From positions 1 through 47,363 of the IMG/VR virus record IMGVR_UViG_3300035109_000020: 47,363 bases of DNA, one strand, 5' to 3'. The notes under the pieces are model-generated. The model was not told the DNA's origin. It ran no database searches and was given only the letters and a program-made list of their open reading frames with translations. Shown piece after piece: positions 9,154-18,917 of this stretch (position 1 is its first letter; each line of letters opens with the position of its first letter). The position numbers were made by a program, and so were the translations under genes. The DNA is from a virus. Lineage: Duplodnaviria; Caudoviricetes.

Positions 9154-10019
9154 ATCGCCGTTTGCGGGTTGGGGATTTTCGGGAAGCCCAAAAAGTTCGC
9201 GAGATTATTGAACGTGTTCACGCACGTCGCCTCGCTGTGATCGCAGCCGAGATAGATCGTAAAGGCGTCGCCGACCACGATCGGCTCCGGAAGCGGAAAC
9301 ATCAGCCAGAGATTCGAGCCGGCGTTGGCGTTCTTGATCGTCGCGATGACGCCGGCGTTCGCGCCTGAGGTGAATTCGACATAGCCGCCAGCATGCAGGA
9401 ACTGCGCGGCCGCGGTGACAAGCGATTGCTGCGTCGAGCCGGCGCCGACCGTCGCCGCCGTGGCGAAGGACGCCTTATTGAGCCCGCATCCGGAATCGTA
9501 AAGAACATGCTGGCAGGTCGGCGCGAAGGTCCGCCGCGGCATGTTCTGCTGCAACACGACGAGACTGTTCGCGACCGTGACGCGCGCCTCGAGGCGCCCA
9601 GCCTCAATATTCAGAAAGCGCCCCTTGAACAGCGTCACGCCGCCGACGAGCGTGCCGCCCACATAGTCGGAAAAGAAGACCCGGTCGCGCTGGACCTGGC
9701 AGAGATCGAACGCGCCGTCCTGGAGCGCCTGCATGAAGGGCGCGCCATTCACTGTGACGCTCGGCAGCGCCGCGATCGTGATTTCCTGTTGATCGACGTT
9801 GAGGCCGATTGTGGCGTTGTAGCGCAGCCCGTCGACAAGCGGTCCGGAGGCGGAATAGACATTTCCCCCGTAGGAAATATCGACGTCGGCGCCCGTGTAG
9901 CGCAGCACCGTCCCGCTCGCGAGCGTGAATGTGTAGAGCTCGGCGGCAGCGACGATAGAATCAGCCGCCGCCTGCTGCGCCGCCAGGAAGGCTTTGAGCG
10001 CGTTCGACGCCGCTTTCAC
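9150..10019 (-). CDS. DUF2163/BR0599-type baseplate hub (gpL-like) protein
   Basis: CQHVLYDSGC and GCDHSEATC..FNNLANFLGFP four-Cys pattern. Confidence 0.88.
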   Translation of the reverse strand: MKAASNALKAFLAAQQAAADSIVAAAELYTFTLASGTVLRYTGADVDISYGGNVYSASGPLVDGLRYNATIGLNVDQQEITIAALPSVTVNGAPFMQALQDGAFDLCQVQRDRVFFSDYVGGTLVGGVTLFKGRFLNIEAGRLEARVTVANSLVVLQQNMPRRTFAPTCQHVLYDSGCGLNKASFATAATVGAGSTQQSLVTAAAQFLHAGGYVEFTSGANAGVIATIKNANAGSNLWLMFPLPEPIVVGDAFTIYLGCDHSEATCVNTFNNLANFLGFPKIPNPQTAI

Positions 10020-10630
10020 GAGGGCCTCACACTTCGCAGCTTCAGGCTCTGCGCCTGCCAGATGTCAAACATGATCTGGTCGAACTCGGCCTGATCATCG
10101 GCGAATGTGCACATATAGGCCCACCAGAAATCCATCGTGATGACCGCGCGCGAGGCCGGGGGAGATGCGAAGACAATGCTGCTCGGAAGGCTCAGGCTCC
10201 AATTCGCCACCGCCACGCCGTTGACGTAGACGGCGGCGACATTGAGCACGTAATCGGCGGGCCCTGCATAGGCGCCGACATTTCGGGCGGCCGCGAATGT
10301 CGTAGTTGCCCCGTCGCCGATGCCGAGCGCTGCGCCCTCCTGATATGAGCTCGTCTTGTCCTCGAAGGCAAAGACGCCATAGGAGCCCTGCATTTGCAGG
10401 AAAAATCCTTCGAGCATCTGCGCCGAATAGGCGTAGAGCGACGGGCGCTGATCGCTGGAGCAAAGCGCATCGAAGGTCAGCTCGAATTCGAACAGCGGAT
10501 ATCGCCACAGCGCCATACGCGCCATGCGGCCGGAGGCGGCCTTCACCGTTCTTGTCGCGCCGGCGAGCGGCGTTTTCTTCACCGGCCAGGACAGGCCGGG
10601 AAGATCAGGAAACCTCGGAAGGGCGTTCAC
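10016..10630 (-). CDS. DUF2460 distal tail protein
   Basis: FPDLPGLSWPVKKTP, ASGR, GIGDGATTTF motifs; GTGA overlap with the TMP stop. Confidence 0.85.
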   Translation of the reverse strand: MNALPRFPDLPGLSWPVKKTPLAGATRTVKAASGRMARMALWRYPLFEFELTFDALCSSDQRPSLYAYSAQMLEGFFLQMQGSYGVFAFEDKTSSYQEGAALGIGDGATTTFAAARNVGAYAGPADYVLNVAAVYVNGVAVANWSLSLPSSIVFASPPASRAVITMDFWWAYMCTFADDQAEFDQIMFDIWQAQSLKLRSVRPS

Positions 10631-13600
10631 GCCGGGCCGAGTCCTTTCATGCCGAGATGCGAGCCGAGCCGCACCTGCTTTTCGATCGTCTTCATGACAT
10701 CGCGACCCGAGCCGTTGAGCCATCTCGCGACGTCACGATGATCGGCAGCGGAGACATTGAAATTCACCTGGGGACGGACATGGAACGTATTGCCGCCGCC
10801 GGCGCCACCCTTCTCGATATAACCCATGAAGTTGTGCAGGCGCGCGTTTTGCCCCGCCGTCAGAACGCCTTCACCTTCGTGCAGCACCGCCAAACCCGTA
10901 TGCGGTATATACCAGCTTCCGGTTTCGAATTTGGCGGCAGCTACGGTCGCTGCGGCAGCGCCGGCCGGGGCGGCCGCAGCCGGACCCATGATTGGAGCAA
11001 GGAATGCAAAAACGCCCCCGAAGACCTCCGCTGCATCCTGAGCTAATGCCTTAATTACCGATGTCGCCTTGGTCGCAATGCTCACCGCCGCCCCACCAGC
11101 TTCCAGCCCTGCGCGCTCCGCAATGCCGGCGCCGACGGCCGCCGTCTGGAGCTGCTGCCCGGAGATCGTCAGCGCGACTTGCGTGGCGATGCCCTTGGCC
11201 CAGTCGGCGACAGCCTGCACGCCCATCTGGACGAAGTGCTGAATGACCGTGCGGGCCATGTCGCGCACGGCGTCGGAGAATTTCTTTGTGCCTTCGAGGA
11301 GGCCCATGACCGATCCGGAGAAGCTCGACGATATTTGGTCGATGAGTTGATGCCACGGCTGCACCATTCTCTCGACGCCCTGCCGGTTGACCTTTTCGAG
11401 ATCGTCGGCGTGCTTTTCTTCGAGCGCCCTGATCTTGTTGTTGACCGCCTGGATCTGCTGCGGCTTCTGATTGTTCAGCGCCAGCTCCTTTTGCAGGAGC
11501 GCCATTTCGGCCGCATATTCCTCGTTGAGGGCCGCGCGGGTCATCTCGAGCTTTTTGTCTTCGGAGATGAGCTTTAGTTTCGTCTCTTCATCGTAGAGCG
11601 TCTGTTTTTGCGACAGGCTCTTGCCAAGCGCCGCAAGCTCGCCATCGATCTCGACTCGCGTGGCCTGCTGCTGCTCTTGCTCATACGCCCGATGCGCCGC
11701 TTCCTTTTGCGCGAGCGCCTGCTTGTATTGCGCCGTGTCCTCGGCGTAGCGGGACATATCGAACTCAGCGAGCGCAACCTTTGTGTCGCGCCGGTTCTCC
11801 GGCGCCCCACTCTCCGCGCGCCCGACCTCCAATTGCAGCTCGGCGCGCTTCGCCGCCGCCTGCCTGTCCGCGAGCGCCAGGCGCGCGGAATCGAGCTGCA
11901 CCTGCAGCTTCGTCCGCTCGGCGGTCGACGAGGTGAGATCGAGCTGCTTTTGGATGCCCTCGACAACGCGCTCCTGCTCTTGGAGCTCATCACGTTTTCC
12001 GGCGAGCTGCGATTGCAGATTGGCCAGTTCGGCCTTGTCGATTTCAGTGCCGCCTTCCCGGGCCTGCTTCACGGATAGGATTTGATCTTTGAGCGAGGCC
12101 GCCGCCTCACTGGCGCGCGACAATTGGTTCTCGTCGACTCCGCCGAACTTCTCCGCATAGACCCTCCGAACCGGTGTTTTCGCCGTAAAATTATCCTCAC
12201 CGGTCGCCTTGCTGTAACCTTCCGCGCGCTCGAACATGGACGCGCCGCGCGCGGCGTCAGAGGCATTTGACGCCTTACGCAAGGCGTCTCCAGCCGCCTT
12301 CTCCGCGCCATTCAGCTCGGCGACGGCGTGCGAGATCTGCGCATCGAAATCGGTATTGCCAAGGATGCCCTTTTCGCGACCGCCGAGCCACTGGCCGATG
12401 CCGAAAGCCCCGGAGTCAGGATTAACGCTGGCCGGGCCGCCGCCGGCCTCTACGCCTCCCCAGCGCGCCACAAGGCCGGATGCGCCCCACTGGGACAACC
12501 CGGCCTCCTTTTGCAGGCGATCGATGGCGTGGCTCTGGCGCTCCTTCGTCCACCAACCGCCCAGCGGACCCTCGCCGGCGCCGGAGGCCTCCGAGACCCC
12601 CTTCATGGCGCCCTGAAGCTTTTGGAGCTTCCCGGTCAGCTCGTCGAGCTTATCGCCGCCGGCGCTCTTGATCGCCTCTTCTAGGGCGCGCCCCCATTGC
12701 TGGATCGTCGGAACAGACGCAATGCGTGCAGCGTCGTTCGCCCGCAGCGCCGCAAGCTCTCTTTCGAGCGTCGCAATTTCGACCTTGAGCACGCCAATGG
12801 AATGATCCGCCCCGGCCGCCGCCTTGATCGACGAGTCCAGCGCCGCGGCATAGGCCTCTTTGCGCTCGAGCTGCGCCTGCTTGTCGCGCAGCGCCGCCTC
12901 TGCTGCCGCTATGCTCGCCGCCGCACCCTTGCCGAGCGCATCGGACAGGATCTTCAGGAGTGCGTTTTGCGCCTCGACGATATTCCCGCTTCTCGCCGCT
13001 TCCTCGTAAAACCGCCGCTGGGCGGATGTGACGTTGGGGAAAATCTCTTTCAGCTTCTCGCCTTGATTGAGCGGATCTTCGAAGGCCTTGATGAGAATTT
13101 CGGACGCCTTGGGAATCTCATTGCGCGTCGCGGCGGCATATTCGGAGATGAGCGGGACGATCTCGCCCATCAGCTGGGTCGAGCCGTTCCGCATCGTCGC
13201 AAATGCGCTGACGATCTTGTTTGCGTCTTCCGTGCTGATCTGGGCCATATAGTCCCAGACGCCGGACCACATGCTTTCCGTGTTTTTTATGCTGCGGACC
13301 GATTTCGTGAGCTTTTCGATTTCCGCCGATGACGCCCCGGAGATGCCGGAAAAGTTCATCGCCTTGGAGAGGGACTCGATCTCGATCGACGATTTACGCG
13401 CCTGAAAGGCGAGCAAGGCGATGGCGCCGGCCGCGACGCCGGCGCCTGTCGCAATCGCCGCGAAAGGGCTGATCTTCGGAATGCCCATGGCGAAAATCTC
13501 GCCAATGCGTCCGGCCTCCATGGCCAAAGCGCGAAGAGGGCTCTGACCCGCCGCGATTTCATCGGCGAGCGCCTTGGCGACGTGCATCGCCTCCATCTGC

Positions 13601-13896
13601 TGGATGCGGTTGACGCCAACGGATTTCGTGTGCTCGTCGAACGCGCCCTTGCTTTCCTTCACGGCGCGCGCCAGCGAATTTACCTCGCGCTGCGCCGACG
13701 CCGCGTTGGCCGTCGCTTCCTTCAGCGCCGCGGCGAGATTGTCGTTCGTCGCGCCGCCGGCGGAGGCGGCCTCTTTCGCAAGGCTGCGCACCTCGGAATT
13801 GAATTGCTGGAGGCGCGCCTTCGCGACGGCGACGGCGGAGTCGAGACCCGTCGCATCCGCGCCGAAAACAACTTTGACAGCGCTATCGCCAGACAT
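10627..13896 (-). CDS. Tape measure protein with internal phage-tail lysozyme domain
   Basis: About 1089 aa, Ala-rich and coiled-coil; GQSPLRAL motif; internal VE...GAFGIGQW...FERA lysozyme-like segment. Confidence 0.9.
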   Translation of the reverse strand: MSGDSAVKVVFGADATGLDSAVAVAKARLQQFNSEVRSLAKEAASAGGATNDNLAAALKEATANAASAQREVNSLARAVKESKGAFDEHTKSVGVNRIQQMEAMHVAKALADEIAAGQSPLRALAMEAGRIGEIFAMGIPKISPFAAIATGAGVAAGAIALLAFQARKSSIEIESLSKAMNFSGISGASSAEIEKLTKSVRSIKNTESMWSGVWDYMAQISTEDANKIVSAFATMRNGSTQLMGEIVPLISEYAAATRNEIPKASEILIKAFEDPLNQGEKLKEIFPNVTSAQRRFYEEAARSGNIVEAQNALLKILSDALGKGAAASIAAAEAALRDKQAQLERKEAYAAALDSSIKAAAGADHSIGVLKVEIATLERELAALRANDAARIASVPTIQQWGRALEEAIKSAGGDKLDELTGKLQKLQGAMKGVSEASGAGEGPLGGWWTKERQSHAIDRLQKEAGLSQWGASGLVARWGGVEAGGGPASVNPDSGAFGIGQWLGGREKGILGNTDFDAQISHAVAELNGAEKAAGDALRKASNASDAARGASMFERAEGYSKATGEDNFTAKTPVRRVYAEKFGGVDENQLSRASEAAASLKDQILSVKQAREGGTEIDKAELANLQSQLAGKRDELQEQERVVEGIQKQLDLTSSTAERTKLQVQLDSARLALADRQAAAKRAELQLEVGRAESGAPENRRDTKVALAEFDMSRYAEDTAQYKQALAQKEAAHRAYEQEQQQATRVEIDGELAALGKSLSQKQTLYDEETKLKLISEDKKLEMTRAALNEEYAAEMALLQKELALNNQKPQQIQAVNNKIRALEEKHADDLEKVNRQGVERMVQPWHQLIDQISSSFSGSVMGLLEGTKKFSDAVRDMARTVIQHFVQMGVQAVADWAKGIATQVALTISGQQLQTAAVGAGIAERAGLEAGGAAVSIATKATSVIKALAQDAAEVFGGVFAFLAPIMGPAAAAPAGAAAATVAAAKFETGSWYIPHTGLAVLHEGEGVLTAGQNARLHNFMGYIEKGGAGGGNTFHVRPQVNFNVSAADHRDVARWLNGSGRDVMKTIEKQVRLGSHLGMKGLGPA

Positions 13897-13898
13897 CG

Positions 13899-14147
13899 TT
13901 AGTCCTTTCGCCCGGCGAGATGCCGGTGCTTGTGCGCGAAGACACGCAGCTCCGCGATCGACAGACATCCTTCTGGCGGCGGCGCGTCATAGTCCGGCGG
14001 CGGCTTCACGTCGAAAAAGGCGCGCAACAGCATGTCTGCGGTCGGATAGTCTCGCCAATGATCGAAGATCATCTCGACGTCGGCCATGCACATGTCGTCG
14101 ATTTGCTCATAAGATCGGCCGGCCGCCAGAAGGCGGCCGTAGATCAT
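13899..14147 (-). CDS. Tail assembly chaperone, T part (GT fusion)
   Basis: Lies between the G gene and TMP, in the -1 frame relative to G. Confidence 0.7.
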   Translation of the reverse strand: MIYGRLLAAGRSYEQIDDMCMADVEMIFDHWRDYPTADMLLRAFFDVKPPPDYDAPPPEGCLSIAELRVFAHKHRHLAGRKD

Positions 14148-14452
14148 TCGCCAGTTGCGTTCGGAGTTGGCGCTCCCGCGCCTTCCCCCGGCGACGCCTT
14201 CTTGAAGCCGCCGAGCTGGAGAATGGCGTTGAAGTTCGCGACGATCTCATCAGCATCGCTTTCAAGATCATCGACCGCCACCTCGCTGTAGTGGCGACTG
14301 AGCGCGATACCGATGACTATAAAGGGAATGTCCCGCGCTTCTCCTTGAGGAATGGTAATCGCCTTTTCGATCTTGCGAATTTGCCCGATCGTGAGCGGTT
14401 GAATCGTGAATTTCCGACCGCCGAAGGCGATCTCGATATGGTCGGGGCGCAT
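14144..14452 (-). CDS. Tail assembly chaperone G
   Basis: Follows the major tail protein; contains GGGGGAA slippery site near its 3' end. Confidence 0.75.
   Translation of the reverse strand: MRPDHIEIAFGGRKFTIQPLTIGQIRKIEKAITIPQGEARDIPFIVIGIALSRHYSEVAVDDLESDADEIVANFNAILQLGGFKKASPGEGAGAPTPNATGE
14183..14189 (-). other. Putative -1 programmed frameshift site G GGG GAA
   Basis: CCG GGG GAA in G; the -1 frame is open through RRGSANSERNWR into MIYGRLL. Confidence 0.7.
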
Positions 14453-14461
14453 TCGACCTCC

Positions 14462-15199
14462 TTACGAAACTTCGGGATAAACGAGCATGCCGACACTTCC
14501 GGCAGGGCTGGCGAACATCGAGATGTCGAACTCCGGCATAGAGAAGTCTTCGAGCTTCGCCGCAATCGAAATCTTCGGCGCGACGCATTTGTAGAAGCGC
14601 GCGATAAACGCCTTGTTGTTGCGCGATGTGTAATAATCGAGCTGGAAGGTCGGCGAATAGCCGAGGAGATGGTTGGTGATCGGCAAGGTCTGACCGGTCG
14701 TGACGGTCGACGTGTAGCTGACCAGCACATTCGCGCTCGCGTCGTCGCTGAAGAAGGTGTAGACGCCAGCGGAGACAGAATATTGGCCGATCTCCGTGAC
14801 GGCCGCGACCTTTATGAGCGGGAGACCCGTCTCCGCATAGACGACGCCCAAATCTTGCTCAAAGGTAGCGCTGTTCGTAACCGTCACCGTATAAGTGCTC
14901 TCCGCCGGCACGCTATGAGCCTCTCCGGGGTTCCACTTGATTCCGCCGCTCTGGAAATTCTCGCCAAAAAAGGCGCTATTCCAGGCGATCCCCGACATGA
15001 CCGCCGCCTTCGCCTTGCCGGTGATCTTCACCGTGCCGCGCGCGACGTCGAGCGGATATTGGTTCTGCCCAAATAGCTCCTTGATGTTGCCGGCGAAATC
15101 GAATGAGAATTCGTTGGCGTAGCCGATATCGATCGGCGTCGCGTTCGCGATGTCGTTTCGCGTGATCTTAAGAATTCCGGGCCCGAATGCGTTGAGCAT
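14462..15199 (-). CDS. Major tail tube protein
   Basis: 245 aa, beta-rich, KELFGQNQYPLDVARG; canonical position. Confidence 0.8.
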   Translation of the reverse strand: MLNAFGPGILKITRNDIANATPIDIGYANEFSFDFAGNIKELFGQNQYPLDVARGTVKITGKAKAAVMSGIAWNSAFFGENFQSGGIKWNPGEAHSVPAESTYTVTVTNSATFEQDLGVVYAETGLPLIKVAAVTEIGQYSVSAGVYTFFSDDASANVLVSYTSTVTTGQTLPITNHLLGYSPTFQLDYYTSRNNKAFIARFYKCVAPKISIAAKLEDFSMPEFDISMFASPAGSVGMLVYPEVS

Positions 15200-15205
15200 C
15201 TCTGA

Positions 15206-15442
15206 TTACTCCTTTGCGCGGAGGCGGCGCTTCAAGTCTTCCTTCGCCGCGTGAAGAAAATTCCAATTTTCCGTGACGCCGCCGATCGCAGTGCCGGGGA
15301 AGGTTGCGTTGAACCACACGTCGACGATCGCGGCGGCTGACGACGGGCCGCGATCTGGCAGCGCCGCGGGCGCTTCGGTCGCGGCCTCGGCGGCCGGCGC
15401 CTCGGTGGCGCTTGTCAGGATCGGCGGGGGGGTCGTGCTCAT
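15206..15442 (-). CDS. Hypothetical protein
   Basis: 78-aa ORF in operon. Confidence 0.55.
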   Translation of the reverse strand: MSTTPPPILTSATEAPAAEAATEAPAALPDRGPSSAAAIVDVWFNATFPGTAIGGVTENWNFLHAAKEDLKRRLRAKE

Positions 15443-15501
15443 GCGCTTTCGCCAACCCGCGCTCGCGCGCGGTCCGGCGCCTCCTTCATGTTTGCGAAAA
15501 A

Positions 15502-15945
15502 TCAGGGAATGAGGATGGAGATCGGAACGACCTGGACGGACCTGCCGCTGTTCGCGTCCTGCCCAACGACCGATTCACCGTCGATCATCGCCGAGAAGAC
15601 GAGACCGCCGAGCGTGCATCTGTTCTGCATCACATCGTCCGGCGCCAGCGCGGCGTCGATCGCCTCCATGCTGTCATTGAGCGGCGCTTCCGGAATGGCG
15701 TTTTCATCCTCCGGCGCGACGCCTGTATAGACGAACGCGACCATGTTCAGCGTGCGCTTCGGCGGCAGATTCGGCGACGGCCTCTCGAATTTCTCCGACT
15801 TCTTGACGAGCATCACCATCGGCAGCTGCTCGAGCGGGACCGATTCATTCGGGTCGCGATTGCGCCGCCCAACCGTCTTGAACGCACCGCTCGCCGCGAA
15901 CTTCTGAAGAAGCGCGGAAATGATCTGCTCTCGCGTCGCCGTCAT
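15502..15945 (-). CDS. Tail terminator/completion protein
   Basis: REQII...TLGGLV pattern; position. Confidence 0.7.
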   Translation of the reverse strand: MTATREQIISALLQKFAASGAFKTVGRRNRDPNESVPLEQLPMVMLVKKSEKFERPSPNLPPKRTLNMVAFVYTGVAPEDENAIPEAPLNDSMEAIDAALAPDDVMQNRCTLGGLVFSAMIDGESVVGQDANSGRSVQVVPISILIP

Positions 15946-16433
15946 TACAGCGCTTCCTCCACCGCTTTTCGAAGATCGGAGAGGATCTCCTTGCGCATCT
16001 CCTTGAAGGCGCCATGGATCGGCTGTTGCGCCCTAAGATCGGCCGGCTTGGTCATGACCGATTTGGCGAAGATCGTCTTGCCATCGGCCTGATGAATGGC
16101 GAGGACCTGAGCGACGCTCGGGACGATTTTATGCGCCGGGATATGCGCGCCATATTCGACCCAGATTGCATAATACCAGCGGCGCGAGCCTTTCGACTCG
16201 CCGCCGGTCGGGTTAGCGCTGACCTGCCCTGAAACGCCTGTAGCCCCAGGATGCAGCTCTCCGACGATACTTGCCCGCAGCGCGCCGGAGCGGACAGGGG
16301 TGCGCGCCTTTACCTCAATGACAAGACGGTCCTTGAGATTATCGACCGTCTTTTCGAGATTGGCGTGCGCATCTGGGCTAATCTTCTCGATGCGGGCGAC
16401 GACATTGTCGATATTTCCCTCGATCTTGAACAC
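15945..16433 (-). CDS. HK97 gp10-like neck protein
   Basis: TPVRSGALRASI and YAIWVEYG motifs. Confidence 0.8.
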   Translation of the reverse strand: MFKIEGNIDNVVARIEKISPDAHANLEKTVDNLKDRLVIEVKARTPVRSGALRASIVGELHPGATGVSGQVSANPTGGESKGSRRWYYAIWVEYGAHIPAHKIVPSVAQVLAIHQADGKTIFAKSVMTKPADLRAQQPIHGAFKEMRKEILSDLRKAVEEAL

Positions 16434-16434
16434 G

Positions 16435-16821
16435 CTATTGCACCTCGACGACGGTCAGCTCGATCGCGCCCGCGAGCTGACGCTTATGCGCGTCGACGCC
16501 GGTCACATTGCATTTCGTGCCATCGGCGAGCATCACGCGATCGTTCTTTTGCACCGGCAGCGGAAAGCGTGCGGCGGCGAGGTCCTCAGCGACGACAATG
16601 ACCTTGCGCTGGCTTTGGGTGGTTGCGCCGATCTGCGACGATCCATAGCCCCCCTCAGAGACTTCATTCGTCTCCGGCGCATAGGATTGCACATTCGCTT
16701 TGACGCTCGCCGAGAAGGTCGCCGTCCGCGGCGCCGTGCCGCTCACGCGCTGGACCGTCACCGTCTCGCCCGTGCGCGCGAGGGCGCGGCGGTAAGCGGC
16801 TTGCATGGCAGGATCGACCAT
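16435..16821 (-). CDS. Head closure/head-tail joining protein
   Basis: GETVTVQR, PVQKNDRV; start coupled to the upstream stop. Confidence 0.65.
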   Translation of the reverse strand: MVDPAMQAAYRRALARTGETVTVQRVSGTAPRTATFSASVKANVQSYAPETNEVSEGGYGSSQIGATTQSQRKVIVVAEDLAAARFPLPVQKNDRVMLADGTKCNVTGVDAHKRQLAGAIELTVVEVQ

Positions 16822-17243
16822 CAGCGCGCGCAGCCCGTGATATTGAGGAGCGAACTGTTGCCATAGGTCCCCACGACGACGACGACCGCGCGGAAGCGAT
16901 CGCCGAGAACGCCGTCGACCGTCTGGCCCGGCGCCAGCCCCTGGCTGGTGGGCGCGACGGGAGTCGTCTTCGGCGTTAGGCCGGAGAGGTTGACGATCTC
17001 GGTTCCGCCGGCGGTTATGAACTGAATCGCGGCGACGTCCACCCAGTTCTGCCCCTGGTCGAGCGACGTCTGGAGATAGGCGGTGACGCTCGTCCCACCG
17101 CTGCCATAGCTGAACTGCGCCTGAAAGTTCGCGGCCTGAACGCCGTCGAGACCGGAGACGACGTCGCCGACATAGACTCCGGGCCCGACGATTTGGAAGG
17201 CAGAGCCGTTGAGCGTGAGCTGGAAAGGGCCGGGTTGGTTCAT
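16821..17243 (-). CDS. Hypothetical virion protein
   Basis: Beta-rich 140-aa ORF (LQTSLDQGQNWVD) in the neck region. Confidence 0.6.
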   Translation of the reverse strand: MNQPGPFQLTLNGSAFQIVGPGVYVGDVVSGLDGVQAANFQAQFSYGSGGTSVTAYLQTSLDQGQNWVDVAAIQFITAGGTEIVNLSGLTPKTTPVAPTSQGLAPGQTVDGVLGDRFRAVVVVVGTYGNSSLLNITGCAR

Positions 17244-17251
17244 GCTGGGCC

Positions 17252-17923
17252 TCAGGCGATGACGGGAACGCGATAGCGCTTGACGGCGTCGGCGACTTGC
17301 GCAGGGAGGTCGCCGGTACCGCCAGGCCCCGTTCCCCAAAGATACTGCGCCGAATAGACGCCCTGGACATTTTCCTCTTTGACGCCTGGGTCGCGCGTGC
17401 GTGAGAAATGGCGGAACTTCACATAGTTGATACAGGCGTCCTCGAGCTCCGCCGGGATGCTCTCATAGCCCGCCTTGTATTGGACGACGATCTGCCATTC
17501 ATCCCACGGGATCAGGTAGTTATTCACGTCGTAGCGCGTGAGCTGCGCCAGATCGCAATTGGCGATGTAATCCGCGTTCTCTGTGAGCGAGCGGCCGTTT
17601 TCGGTCAGCGACGAAATCGAGACGAGAGGCCATCGCGTGAGCTGGATCGGGTCGACGCCGCCGGTCGCAATGCGCATTGGCGGGTCGCGCCGCGGATAGA
17701 ATTGATCCTGAACCGTCTCGACTGCGAAGACGCGATTGCAGTAATTCGCGATCGCCGTAGAGCCGGCGGCGATGTAGCGCGCCAGAACCCTGTCGCGGCT
17801 TGCGTCCGGCGTCGTGAGCCCGAGTTCCTCCTTGACCGTCGCAAGCGTCGTCAGGTCGTGACTTTTCGCGGCGGACACGATCGTCGAAACGGTCGTGAAC
17901 CGCGCAGGCGCGCCGTAATACAT
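17252..17923 (-). CDS. Head-tail connector (gp6/gp15-like adaptor)
   Basis: LTTLATVKEEL, NYCNRVF, YKAGYESIPAEL motifs. Confidence 0.8.
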   Translation of the reverse strand: MYYGAPARFTTVSTIVSAAKSHDLTTLATVKEELGLTTPDASRDRVLARYIAAGSTAIANYCNRVFAVETVQDQFYPRRDPPMRIATGGVDPIQLTRWPLVSISSLTENGRSLTENADYIANCDLAQLTRYDVNNYLIPWDEWQIVVQYKAGYESIPAELEDACINYVKFRHFSRTRDPGVKEENVQGVYSAQYLWGTGPGGTGDLPAQVADAVKRYRVPVIA

Positions 17924-17928
17924 TGCGC

Positions 17929-18204
17929 TTAGGCGCTCTTCGTGGCGGGAGCGTCGGCGGCGCCAGACGCCGCCGGGGCCGGGCCAATCACCGCGTCGAT
18001 ATCCCCAGTCGATTTTTCCAGATAATCGGAGAGCTGATTCACCGCATCGTCGCGCTCTTTCTCGGCGGCGGCGGCATCGGCCTTGGACTTCGCAAGCTCG
18101 GCGTCTTTTTCCTTGAGCGCGTCGAGGAGCCGCGCCATGCCGATGCCATGCGCTTGAGCGGCGGCGTTGAACCGCGCAATCGAATCCGTTGCAGACATTT
18201 TCAT
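17929..18204 (-). CDS. Hypothetical coiled-coil protein
   Basis: Ala/Lys/Glu-rich ORF in operon. Confidence 0.55.
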   Translation of the reverse strand: MKMSATDSIARFNAAAQAHGIGMARLLDALKEKDAELAKSKADAAAAEKERDDAVNQLSDYLEKSTGDIDAVIGPAPAASGAADAPATKSA

Positions 18205-18219
18205 CCCCTTAGTTTGGCG

Positions 18220-18627
18220 TCAGGAAGGAACCTTGAGGGTCGGAGGCGCGGCGCGCTGCGCGCTTTTCTTCGCGGAGCCGGGGCGGCCTTCCAGCTTTTC
18301 CGCCGTGGGCTCTTGCGGGGCCGACGTATCCGGCGCTTGCGGCTCTGGGGCCGCCGGCGCGGCGGAGGGCGCGCGATCGATGGCAATCGCTGCGCCGGCC
18401 GCGATGAGCGCATCGGCTTCCGCCCCCGTGACGCGCAGCGTCACACCCGCGTCGATAATCGCTCCGAGGCGATGGCCGATCTCCAGCGCCGGGAAGCCAG
18501 GCGGCGGCGCACGATGATAATCCGCCGTCAACCTCACGCGCTCGAGTGGCGCGGAGAAAGTCGCTGGATCGATCGCGGCGACGACCTCCTTGCCGTCCGC
18601 CGTTCCCAGGATGACGCTGCTGCTCAT
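18220..18627 (-). CDS. Hypothetical protein
   Basis: GAGG SD; Pro/Ala-rich C-terminus. Confidence 0.55.
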   Translation of the reverse strand: MSSSVILGTADGKEVVAAIDPATFSAPLERVRLTADYHRAPPPGFPALEIGHRLGAIIDAGVTLRVTGAEADALIAAGAAIAIDRAPSAAPAAPEPQAPDTSAPQEPTAEKLEGRPGSAKKSAQRAAPPTLKVPS

Positions 18628-18634
18628 GTGGGCC

Positions 18635-18895
18635 TCAGTAGAGCGCGATGATGTTTGTCGCCGTGGTGTCTGTCGCCCAGATCAGCGTGGCGCGGATTTT
18701 CAGCACGGTCCCGACCGGAACAGCGGTGAAGGTCGCGACGCTCCCATCCTGCATGGTCGCCTTGATGGCGCCAGCGCCCCCGACGTAGATCGCGCGCGTC
18801 GTTTCGATCGATTCAGAGTCGTTCGGCGTCACGTCGGCCGCCCCGACATAAGGGCTATTGAGATCGGGGCTCATGCCCGCATAGCGATCGGTCAT
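18635..18895 (-). CDS. Head spike base protein (RcGTA Rcc01079-like)
   Basis: VTPND...TRAIYVGGAG...VPVG...ATDTTATNIIAL pattern; AGGAG SD. Confidence 0.8.
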   Translation of the reverse strand: MTDRYAGMSPDLNSPYVGAADVTPNDSESIETTRAIYVGGAGAIKATMQDGSVATFTAVPVGTVLKIRATLIWATDTTATNIIALY

Positions 18896-18917
18896 GGATG
18901 GCTCCTATGGCGCGGCG

